A stretch of DNA of 64,000 bases, taken from NCBI GenBank assembly GCA_028534125.1, contig CM052818.1, forward strand, positions 26,786,001-26,850,000. Direction: 5' to 3'. The position numbers and the translations under genes are program-made. The notes beneath the pieces were generated by a model. It worked only from the letters and a program-made list of their open reading frames with translations. It did no database searches and was not told where the DNA came from. Shown one piece after another: positions 25,491-37,400 of this stretch. Position 1 is the first letter of the stretch. Each line of letters opens with the position of its first letter. This DNA is from Lama glama (taxonomy: Eukaryota).

Positions 25491-28400
25491 GTAAATTGCT
25501 ATTTAAAAAAAAAAAGGTATATCTCTAGAAAATACAAACTGGGAGAATGGCAACTCTGGCACAATTCTGAAGTCAATTATTTACCCTGAGAACAGAGTTG
25601 CTAGAGAGTACTCTGAGAGTCCTCTTGACGTAAAGTGGTAACTTCAGAGGACTCCAGAGGAAAAAGAGGGCATAAGCCTTTCCATGCTTCAAGGTGATAT
25701 GTTACTTTGCTGCTTGGGGATGACTGCTTAAATTCTAAATGGAACATAGGCTAAACTTTTCAAAGGGAGTCATAGGAGGCAGTGGTGATTGTAACACTTG
25801 TTGTTCGATCATGCACGAGTTTTATAATATTTTGTGAACATTTTCTTTGTAATCAGGTTTACATATCAAGTTATAATAGATGAAAAGAAATTTCCAGAAG
25901 CTGAAGGTAGATCAAAGAAGGAAGCCAAAAATGCTGCAGCCAGATTAGCTTTTGAAATAATTAACAAAGAACACAAGGTGAGTAATTGCCTTTTTGTTTT
26001 TCCTGGTGAAAGGGAACTCACAAATATATTTTGTATTTTTCTCTCTGAGAAAATACTCACATACAGAACTGAAGCCATTTACAAGTTGTCTTGCTTTCGG
26101 ACGTTTAGTTCAGTGTTTTTTGCTGGCTCCTGAATGAGAGGTACATGCGGAAAAGAGTGGGCAAAAGTGGACAATAGCTTTAGAGTGTCAATAGCATTGA
26201 TGTACCCTAAGGAAACAGTGAGAAATGAACTAACAGGTTCTGGCAGGAGCCCCTCCACCTAACTGAGGGAATGCAGTGGAAAAGGACAGAAATGGAAGTG
26301 ACTGTGGGGAGAATGATGTATATGGAGGGCAGATATGAATATATCCCTGAAGATGAGACTAACTAGTACAGAAAAAGCTATCTGAAGAGATTTCGGTAGA
26401 AATATTTCTGAAATAAAGAAAGACCTGGCTGCAGATTTTTAAAACCCAGGAACTCAACAGATACAGAAAAATACAGAACCACCAAGAGCAATTTTGACCC
26501 TTTTGAAAGCACTGAGTTCTAGGGATGAAGAAAGAATTTTACAGGTATCTGGACAGAAGAAATGATATAAAAATGTAAAAATGAAAAAACTATCATGCTG
26601 TCCATAGCAACATTAAAAACCAGAGTGAGAGTGAGCAGCAGCTGTAAAATGAGACAAGAAGTCATTTTACATGTGGAATAAAAGAGGATCATTCTCAGAT
26701 TTTGAAAAGTTTGGAAAACTTTGGTATTCAAGATACTTTCCTAAAAAAATTAAAATTAAAAAATAATTTTAAAAAATCAAAAAATTTTTGAAAGATACTT
26801 TCCTAAAAAATCTTACTTGAAGATGTCACCCTCCTGATCAAAACTGAGAGAAAATAAATCAGGCAGAAATCACAAACTCATAAATTGTGAATGAGCCAGA
26901 AAAGCAAGTCAAGAAGTTAGAAAAAGAACAACAGACTACCTCCTCCTCCCCCAAAGCAGAAATAAGACCATGGTAACAATAAGGAGAGAGATTGATGTGA
27001 AAAAAAACAACAACAAAGAAATAATAAAGAAAATCAGCAAAAGCAAAAGTTAGTTCTTTGACAAGGTTAATAAAGTAGAAAAACTTTGGACAAGATTTTG
27101 TTGGATTAAGAATTTTAAAGGGGGCAGATAACAGTGGGGGGAATATGCTATTATGGTCATGTTTCCCATTAAGTTGTGATCCAGAATAAAGCTTTACTTC
27201 AGTATTTGATACCTTGTTCTTTGAGATTTACATTGGGTACAGCAAACTAGAAAGTGTTACAGAATTCCATCTGGATAAACAAGAACATTGACTCTTCTTT
27301 TTCCTTATGAAACTGTAAGAGGAAAAAAGGTGATTTCTTTTCTATTGGTAAAATTTATCTTTGTGAGTTTTTTCTGACAGAGAAAGGTATATACTTACAC
27401 TTTTATTAAGATACTATAGTCAGAAAATCTATAAAATCTAAGTTGTCTTTCAAATTATTCATTTAGTAATTTCATTAGACAAAAAAAGAGAGAGTTAAAT
27501 CCTGGTTGTCATCTGTAATAAACAAAACGTCATTTTCATTTTTTTCTTTGTAGACAATTAATCCTTCATCAACGAATCGTTCAGAAGGACCACCCATCGA
27601 GAATTACATAGGCCGTGTTAATACAATTGCCCAGAAGAATAACCTATCTGTAAATTATGAAGAATGTGAGTCGAGGGAAGATGGGCCCGAAAGGTGAGAT
27701 GTCGTGCTTTTCCTTCTGCTTCATTCTGTCTAAGCAACGGAGCAGGCTTATTTTGATGTCTCATTTTCTAGAAAATATTTGTCCTTTTTGGTACATTCTA
27801 CAAGGAAGGTTTTATTTATTGCTTATAAGCAATTGGACATCTTTGTCATTAAAACATTGAAATGCTTAATTGCTGAAGACTTGGGGCCCACATCCCATAA
27901 CTGATCAAATCTAGGGAACCCTTTATTTCTGAGGTATATCTGGGTGGTTAAGTCCTCAGGAAACCTAAGAGAGGGTGGGATGCCCCTGCTCCAGGGCTGT
28001 GAAGGTCGTCCCATCCCTGAGGTCCCAGCAGCAGTGGCCGTGTGCAAACATATCTACCAGCTGTGTGGAATAACAGTCTTTCCACTCTTGTCAGAGTAGA
28101 GAGCTGTTTGACCAGGTGTTTGCCCTTCAGATTTGATTAACCCTCTAGACAAGTACCATGTACTAGAAGGAATGGGTTTCGCCCTGGGCTGTGAAGAGAC
28201 CAGGATGTGAGGGATGTGATGAGGGGGACAGGTGAGAGCGTCAGTCAGAGACACTGAGGACACCACTGGTGAGCTAAGACTTTGGAAGTGAGGATGATGA
28301 ATGGATTGGAACTGGGAAAAGCAGAAAGTAAATAAGCATGAGGGAGATTGTTTCTCAGCTGCAACCAACCCGTTAAATGAGGGAGAAGGGGGAAAAAAGT

Positions 28401-31400
28401 CTAAATAGCAAATAGTTCAAACAACCACTTCAGGATATGGGCCTCTGAATTGACTCAGCTATTGACATTTTACTTTTCACCCTGACGGCTTTTAGGCCAG
28501 AACCAGAAAGAGAAGAATGTGATAGGATTCATTGGAGCGAAGTAGTCAAAAGTGAATTCTGTGAGTCAATCTCAGTAAATTAAGAGGTTATTTTATTTTC
28601 CCATAGCTCACCTGTCTGGTTCCTTTGAATTAAGGGCATTAACATTTGATTGTTAAAAGAGAGAAGTCTACTTAGGGCATGCCTGAGAAAAATGGGAGCT
28701 CTAGAAATAATCCAGTCACTCAGAACAGCTCCCTAATTTTCCTTTCAGAGCCTAGCGGGGAAGACTCACCCTGGAGCCTACCGCTATAGCAAATAATACT
28801 GCAGTAATTCTGTAGCACCACGTGGTAACACCATGATATATATTGCCATATCTGTTGCCACCTTTAATGTAGTTCTTAAATAATTGTTCTAGGTTCCTTG
28901 CCTAACCACAAATATCCTTACAGCTCTCATTAGAAGGGGGTCAACTTCAGCATGGGGCTTTTGTGGGGATTTTCTTAGGTTTTTGTGCACATGAGCAGGA
29001 GGCAGAAAATGCTAATGTTAAGAGCTGAAGTTGGAGATGCTTTGCCCATCCCCTGTGAAACACAAAACACTGTAACATTGTTTCTCCTGCATAAGCTCCA
29101 CTTCCTCTACTGGCTTTTTCTTCCCAGTTGAACATCTCTGAAAAATTCACTGGATCTCTCTTTTATTTCTCTACCTCCATATCTTTTGACTTTGGGGGAA
29201 TTTAAAAAAATCACCACTTGGTACCTTAATGCCATATCTTTCAGTGACGCAACAAAGAGTTAGAAGTTACCTAGAAAATGTAAGCTGAGACGTCAGCCAA
29301 TCCTGGTTATTCTGGCAAACTGGTTGGCCATCTCATTGGAGATTTAAATTAAAGAAGATATGAGCTATGGATCTACCTATTAAATTAGTGTTATGTTTAG
29401 GCCTTTGTCACTGTGTGGTTTTTTTCCAACTCTTAAGTTAGAGTTAGTTTTTTGGTATTTGGGTTTATACTCTTTATGATTTCTCCTAGATTTCATTATA
29501 AATGCAAAATTGGACAAAACGAATATGGTATTGGTGTAGGTTCCACTAAACAGGATGCAAAACAATTGGCTGCTAAACTGGCTTATGATCAGATACAATC
29601 AGAAGGCCTAATGGTACGTACTGCCTTTGGATTTAATTTTTATATTTTAAAATTCTCTCTGAAGTTGATTTGTGGTTAGACACTGTTTGAATGATGCCAA
29701 GACAGCCAATCACAGATTCCTCCATTCTGTGTCCCACCAATGAGCTATGAACCACGGGGCCATGAGGCCCCGGAGGGATCACAGTTCTGTTGACAATTCA
29801 AGGTTGTTTTTTAGTTAGTTTGTTTATTTTTGGTTTTCTAGGGGGAGAGGTAATTAGGTTTATTTATTTTTATTTTTTAACAGGGGTACACGAGATTGAA
29901 CCCAGGACCTCGTGCATGCTAAGTATGCACTCTACCACTGAGCTATATTCTACCCCTAGGGTTGTTTTTTTTTTTAAATCCAGATCAAACATTCCATTAA
30001 AAAATGTATTAATCTCGTAATTGTTTATGGCTGTGAATTTGGTAAATGTGGGGGAAATAGATGGTATTTAGTTCAGAGAGACTGAGCTGCTATGGAGAAG
30101 TAACTGAGTTGCACTTAATCTTTCAGAAAGCTGATTCGCCATCCTCTGGTTCTTTCCATACTCTGCCTGGTGATACCAAAAGCAGCTCTTCGGCAACAAG
30201 CACATCGTAAGTGTGGACAAATAACTGTGTTCTTTTACAAATTCAAATTGTGGCCTGAAAGTAAAAATTTTTGTGAAAACGTTTAATGTTAATGGAGAAT
30301 TTAGATAAAGCAATTACTGATCAACCAAAACCAGGCAGAATTCATAAACTAATAGTTGTCTCCTTTTCTTCTAGACCTTCAGAATCAACATCTGAAGATG
30401 GATCTGAAAGAAACGATGACAGTGACAGAGTAAACTGTTCTTTCCTATCTCCATTGGTATAGTATTAGTCTCTAAGCTTCCTAGTTAATCTTATCTTCCT
30501 ATGTGTTTCCTCATTTAAAAATGACTGCCAGTACCCAATCATAATTTTTCTATTTTTTTCTCATGTATTCTTACTAAACCATAATATTTGGCTACCTTTT
30601 CACTATCTGCTTTCTTTATTAACTCCTATTCCTCAAATGCAAAATTTTTCTGCTCTTCTCTCCCATCTTTCTCTCCCTGCTCACCTTTGTATTTTCGTAT
30701 ATTCCTATGATCTGGCTTCTGCCCTTTTATCAATTGGACAGTACTTGGGGGAGGGGGAGTGTATAGCTCAGTGGTAGAGTGCCTGCTTAGCATGCATAAG
30801 GTTCTGGGTTCAATCCCCAGTACCTCCATTAAAAAATAAATAAATAAAAACCTAATTATCCCCAAAACAAAAACATTGGAGAGTACTTGAAAGGTTCATT
30901 AACAGAATTCTGCTTCTGTTTAAAAAAAAAAGAGAACTAAACTTAAAAACTAAACTTAAAAATCAGATAATTTTTGTGGTGATGATTAGTGTTACCAAAG
31001 TATCTTATTTATAAAGAACTACAAACAAATCAATAAGACAGAGACAAGCAACTCAATAGAAACATGTCCAAAAGATCTGAACAGGCCATTCAGAGAAGAG
31101 ATACCCAAAGGGAAAACAAATACATGAAAAGATGTTTTACTTCATAGTAATCAGGAAAATGCAAACCAAAACAACAGTTAGATATCATTTTAAACCCATC
31201 TGATTGGCAGAATTTGAGTCTGACAGTGCTAAGTGTTGGCACAGGTATGTTCCAGTAATAACTATTATATGCTGCTGGTGGATGTATAAATTGATACACC
31301 CCTTTTAGAGGACAATTTGGCAATGTGGCAATATGTATTAGAGTTGAGGGTGTGCTGGCCGTACCATTAAGCAGTTTCATTCCTTGGTATGTCTTCTAGA

Positions 31401-34400
31401 GAAAGACATGTATGTGTACACAGAGAAAACATGTGTAACTGTTCTTCGCAACATGTTTTTAATAGGAAGAGGTTGGAAAAAATATTGTCAATTAACAGAA
31501 TGTCTAAATTAATCATAAAAAGACATAAAATCATAAAAGTTTGGAGAGGGGAGCAAGAAAATATAGATTTTTTTTTCTCTTTTATGATTTTGATGTCTTT
31601 TTTTTTTTTTTTTACATCTTCATGTTTATTCTCTCGCAAATCATTGTAGTTATCACATTTCCAGTTATGGTTTTTCTCATTTCTGTAGCTTCCTGCTTCA
31701 TTTCTATTTAGAGTAGACCTTTCAATATTTCTTTTAGGATAGGTTTAATATTGCTGAATTCTTTTAGTTTTTGCTTGTCTGTGAAATTCTTTATCTCTCC
31801 TTCTGCTCTAAAGGATAGTCTTGCTGGATAGAGTATCCTAGGTTGCAGGACTTTTTTTTTCTCATTCAGCACTTTGAATATATCTTGCCAATCCCTTTTG
31901 GCCTGCAGTGTTTGTGTAGAGAAATCAGCTGAAAGCCTTCTGGGGGTTCTCTTATAACTAACTCTTTGTTTTTCTCTTGCTGCCTTTCGAATCATTTCTT
32001 TATCTTTAACTTTAGTCATCTTAATTATAATACGTCTTGGTGGAGGTCTGTTTAGATTCTTCTTGTTTGGGACCCTCTGTGCTTCCTGTACTTGGATATC
32101 TGTTTCCTTCTTTATGTTTGGAAAGTTTTCAGTCATGATTTTTTCAAATACCTTTTCAATCCCCTTTTCTCTTTCTTCTCCTTCTGGAACCCCTATTATG
32201 CATAGATTGGCACGCTTCATATTATCCCATAGGTCCCTTATATTGCTTTCATTGGTTTTTGCTTGCTTTTCTGCCTGCTATTCTGATTAGGTGACTTCTG
32301 TTATTCTGTCTTCTAACTCACTATTTGTTCCTCTGCATTATCTGGTCTGCTTTTGACTGCCTTTAGCTTGGCTCTTATCTCAGCCATTGAGCTTTCTGTT
32401 TTTAACTGGCTCCTCTTTATAGTTCTGCTTCCTTTTTACAAAATTCTCTGTCTCTATTCGTAATCTCTCTTATTTCCTTCAGTGCTTTTATCACCCCTTT
32501 TTTGAAGTCATGATCTAGTAGACTGTCGAAATCTGTCTCATTGTTCATTCTTTCAGGGGATTTCACTTGTTCTTTTAATTGGGAGTGGTTCCTCTGCTTC
32601 TTCATTTACTTTTATTTCTCTGGCTCTATGGATTTAGAGTATCAGTTATCTACTGTGGTCTTGAAGGGCTGTTTTTTGTTTGTTTGTTTCTATTTAAGGT
32701 AGGAGCATTCCTGTGTAGACTGTATGCATCTAATAGTTTTGTTGTGATGGCTGTTCTTAGTATGGGTGGTTGCCATGTCTTTCTTCCATGTGTGTTGCCT
32801 GTTATCCCTTTGATTGGGGATGTGGTTGGTGGTGTGATCAGAGCCTGCCTTGATTGTTGTTGTTGAGTGGGGCCTTCTTTTTCATTCTGTGGTTGTCATA
32901 GCCCTGACAGGGGCCGAGTCTGCTCCTCTGTTGCTGGAATAGAGGCTTCTAGACTGGTTTCTGAGCTGTGGTGTGTGGTAGTCAGGGTTGGAGTGCTTCA
33001 GCTGGGAAGGAGTTGCTGAATCTCCTCAGGCGATGTCCACTGGGAAGTGCCCTCTGTGGTGTTGTCTATCACTTGTTATGCAGGCTTAGAAAGTACTCTT
33101 TGTTGATGCTGCCTTTGTCCGCACCTTAGCTGTAGGAATGTTGGCCACCCACTCTGGTGTCCCCCAGGTTCTGGGCCCCAGGAGTCACCAGCACAAATCT
33201 GCCAGTGTCAGGCGCAAGGACCCACCATAGCGAGTGTGCAGTCACACACGTGAATCCGTGGTGAGCCACAGGGTCAGCGCAGACCCCAACCCCACCTCAG
33301 CATACGGTATAGTCCACTGGCCTATTGTAAATACATCTACTCACCCCTGCCATGTGCCAGAACTCCACGCACTGCCTGTTTGTCCCAGAGGCGAGGGTCC
33401 ACAAAGGGTCCAGAGAGAGCAAATCCACCCTTTCTGCCTGGGGCTGTATCTCAGTCCTGCCTGTGAAGTTGCAGGGCCATAGGAAGTTGCAGGGCCGCTG
33501 GGTGTGGATTCAGCTTTCAGCCCCGCTGTCGCACCAAGCCCCACCTCTCTTCTCGCGAGAACACACAAACAATGGAGCCAATTGGAGAAAGCAGCTGTGG
33601 CGTGGCTGCGTTGTGCCCCTCCTCACCGTACACACCAGCAGTGGTGCCTTTTTATGGGGGTCCCAGGCTGTTCTGTTCTGCACACTCCACCAGCCAGAGC
33701 TCACACTGCCCTCCGGCCCCCTGAGGCTGCCTCTGTGCAGTGGGCCCCAGCCCTCTTCCAGGGCTCCTCACTGATGTCCAGCAGCCAGTCCCACTCGTCC
33801 CTGCCAGCTGGTGTCTAGGCCGGGGATTGCAGGGATCCTCTGTGCCAGTTCCATCTGCCAAGCAGCTGCCACTTTCTCCTCCGAGCCTCGGAAGCTCCGC
33901 TTCTGTCCCCGCTGACCTCGTGGCTGGATAGGGGGCGTCCCATCGTTGAGTGTACTTTTCTTCCTTTGTCGCTCCCTCCCTGGAGAACCGATCCTGCACT
34001 GATTTTTTTTTTCTTTTTCTTTTTTTCTCTTACTGGATTTTGTGAGAATCCTCCTGTATTTTGAAGCGAGAGATACTCTGCCAGAGTTTAGTAAGTGTTC
34101 TGTGCAATTCAGAGGGTTTGTAGGTGTAATTCTGGGTGTATTTGTGGGAGAGGGTGAGCTGTGAGTCTCCACTCTGTCATCTTGGCACCTTTCCCACTGA
34201 AATTAATTTTTGAGAGATATATCAAAGACTCTTCTCTTTTTGGCTAAATATTAAATTAAATTATTAATTTGCCCTTAAAGTGAAAATATTTTATACTGGA
34301 TGCCTGGGCTCTTTATTAGTGAATGACTGTGATACACACCATCTTGCTGAGATTCACTGGCCAGAGGATCACCAGAGAGGCTGTGTTCTATACCTGGAGA

Positions 34401-37400
34401 ATCAGCACTTCTGTAGCACATGCCCTACAGTTTGTCTTTTTTGTCCTTCCTGCTGAGTCTGTCTGGTTAGCTGAGAACATTGATAATAGCCAAGTACACT
34501 GAAAATCAGGGCTTGGTGAGAGCATACAGATTGATGAAGCTGTTTAAGGACAAAGGAATGTGGTCGTAGAACCATCTAGAAGTACAGGAGAAAGGGTGGC
34601 AAGAAAAAACAAGATAATTGACTTAATCACCTGAAACCACTTCCCATTTTCTTTTCTTTTTTTTTCAAATGGAAATACAAAGGATTTTATTAGGGCACAC
34701 TGTCATAGACAACAATGGGTCACACAGGCAAGGGACACCTGCATGAGCACCAAGGGCCAGTTGTTGGGGTGTTCTATAAAGTAGGGTCACAAGGTACCCG
34801 ATTGGCTTGTGCACAAGCCTCTGATTGGTTGCAGGTGAGCTAAGAAGTTTAGAGTCCATGAAGGGCGGTGGGGTTTGACTCTAAGGTAGGCATTACCTGG
34901 GGCTATTAGTTTGTTAGGGGAAACATGCCCAGTAAAGAATGTCAGACACCTGAGAGCCGAGGAATGGGGGGTTGTTGGACTTTGGAGGACATTGGTTGGC
35001 CCAACATTCTCCCTCATTTTCTTTTGTTTTAGAACCATTTCAGAAATAATTCCAGGAAGGTGCAAAGGTGAGTATCATGCATTTAACACGTTTGGAAATG
35101 AAATTTTATCTCAGACTTAGTGTGTTAATCTTATTACATCTTCAGCACTTGTAGAGTATTGGACACCTTTATTTAAGTGGAATTTCAGGAGTAGAAAACA
35201 TGGTTAAGGTGCATAGAAATTTTGAAATCTACAAATAATTTTAACTACGTAGAGAAATCTTTGAACAAGTACATAGTCATAAAGACCTGTGGGTGTATTG
35301 GTAGAGTAGTTGGTTGGGGCATGACGTTGGACAACAGTGACAGGGAAGTGGGCTTGGAGAGGTGTTTTCAAGAGTAGTGCATTATTTGTAGACAAGCAGA
35401 TAGAGTAGAAATGAGGCACCAGTGTATTCTGAACAGTAGGTGACTTTTACAGAAAGATGATTACTGATGCAGGTGTTTGGATGGAAAAGGGAGAGGTCTG
35501 TGTGTGAGATGATTAGGCCGTCATCTGTGGTTCCAGTGGCAGGAGGAGGGAGGGGGAGACTTTGTGAGGCAGATTGTGAAGGAAAAGTAGACTGACTTGA
35601 GGGAATAGACTTAACAGAACTGGGTGAAGAAGATGCACAGGAAGAAGGACTTGAAGATTGCTCCTTGTGGATGAGATGCAGGCATGCATGACAGCACTGG
35701 TGATGTTGAGGGAGTTGAAGACTGACGGCTTAGAGGGAAGATAGCAATTGGATTTGTTTCATTTTAGGTGGCATGTGGACTTCCAGTTGCAGGGGGCTTT
35801 GCACCAGCAAGGAATAAAGGACAAAGGAAACACAACCAGAGTGAGAGTTCAAGGAGATATATTTCCTGGGGTTTTGAGCCTAGGGGAAGAAAAGGAGAGG
35901 CTAGTGGCATGCTGACAATGAATGTGTTAAGGCCAAAAAAGGAACCAGGGAAGGAATGAAAAATTATTAGAGGGCAGAGAACCATAAGTGTATCGTTTTT
36001 AAAGAAAAAGGTTAGCATTTACTACCCTGTTATTCTAATAGTTGACTCAAAATACAAAAAGCCTAGTGCATGGCATAAAACCTACTCTAAACAAGTTACA
36101 TTGGATTTCATTTTTGAGTTTTATGTACTTCTCTTAACTTTTAGATTCTTGGCACCTACGTTTGACTCTCCTGTGAAAAAGGAAGAAAACCAATATAGTA
36201 TGGACCCCAGGTAAGAGGGGAAAACTATAAAAAAGAATTTGTTAAGGATACGTTTGCTTCTTTGACAAAAGTTTCTTAAAGGTCTGTTGAACATCAGGCA
36301 GGCAAAATTATATTTCTACCTGAACAGTTTAATTATTTTAGCACAGTCAGGCCCACAGACGATCTTGATCTCTTAGAGGAGTACAGTTTTGATGAATTCA
36401 AATGGAATGTGATAAGTGTAGATCTGTGTAATACTCATGTGGATTTCTCTGACATCTATGAATGATTTTAATATTGAAAGAAAATATTCCTATAAACCAG
36501 TGATTTTTTTTTCAACAAAAGTACCTCTGCAGGCATCACAGTCAATCCACTTGCATCTGTTTTCCATTTTCTAGCTCCATACCAGGTATCACTTTGAAAA
36601 AGGGTTCCTCTTGTGGTAGATTACGTGTTTGGGCTTAAATATCTGAAGCAAAGGAGGCTTATTTGCAACAGAGGGACAGTGAAAATAAGCTTAAAAAAAA
36701 TGAAGAGTCAACAAATATTTAATAAGTACCTGATATATAACTGGCACTGTGCTGGGCGTTGGATTTATGGCAAGAACAAATAGTAACAGCTCCTGCGCTC
36801 ATTGAGTTTTGTGGGGATGATAATTACATGAAAAAGTCTGTAATTATAAACTGTGGTCAGAGGTCTGAAGAAAAAGCAATGACATGGTTAGAAATGAAAA
36901 CAGGACCCTTGGATTTAGAGGGAGAAGTGAGGCAAGGCCTTCTCTGGGGTCACATTTGTGGGGAGCCTTGAGGAATGAGTTAACTCAGGGTAGTGGGGAG
37001 GGCCCATGGCTCTGCTAAAGAAGATGGGAAAGGTGATGTAAGGGTGCAGAGAGCAGAGAGAAGACCATGTGCTGGGAGGAGTGAGCAAAGGCCATCAGAC
37101 AAGCTGGACAGGGAGGCAGGGCCAAATCAGGGGGCCCCTTGTAGCCCATGGAAGGGCTTTCTGATTTTTGCTGGGTGTGAGGGTAGGCTATGGGAGGGTT
37201 TGGACAATAGACAGACTTGATCAGACTTAGTATTTATCACATTGGTTGCTGTGTGGACCATGGATTGGAGTGGAGGAAGGAGAGGAAATGGGGTGTCCAG
37301 TGAATAAGGTTCTGCAGGAGTCTGATGGAAGCCTGGACTGGTGGGAAGCTGTTGGAGATGGGGAAAGTGGGCAGATACCAGCAGATGTGTTTTGGAAGGA

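Noticed and set aside
30757..30828. tRNA-like sequences here and at six other sites
   Set aside because: They carry a shared non-tRNA tail, A-rich ends, TSDs and divergent stems, so they are SINEs rather than tRNA genes
32866..34172. Cluster of 60-140 aa ORFs on both strands
   Set aside because: They fall in the GC-rich L1 5'UTR and have no recognisable domains
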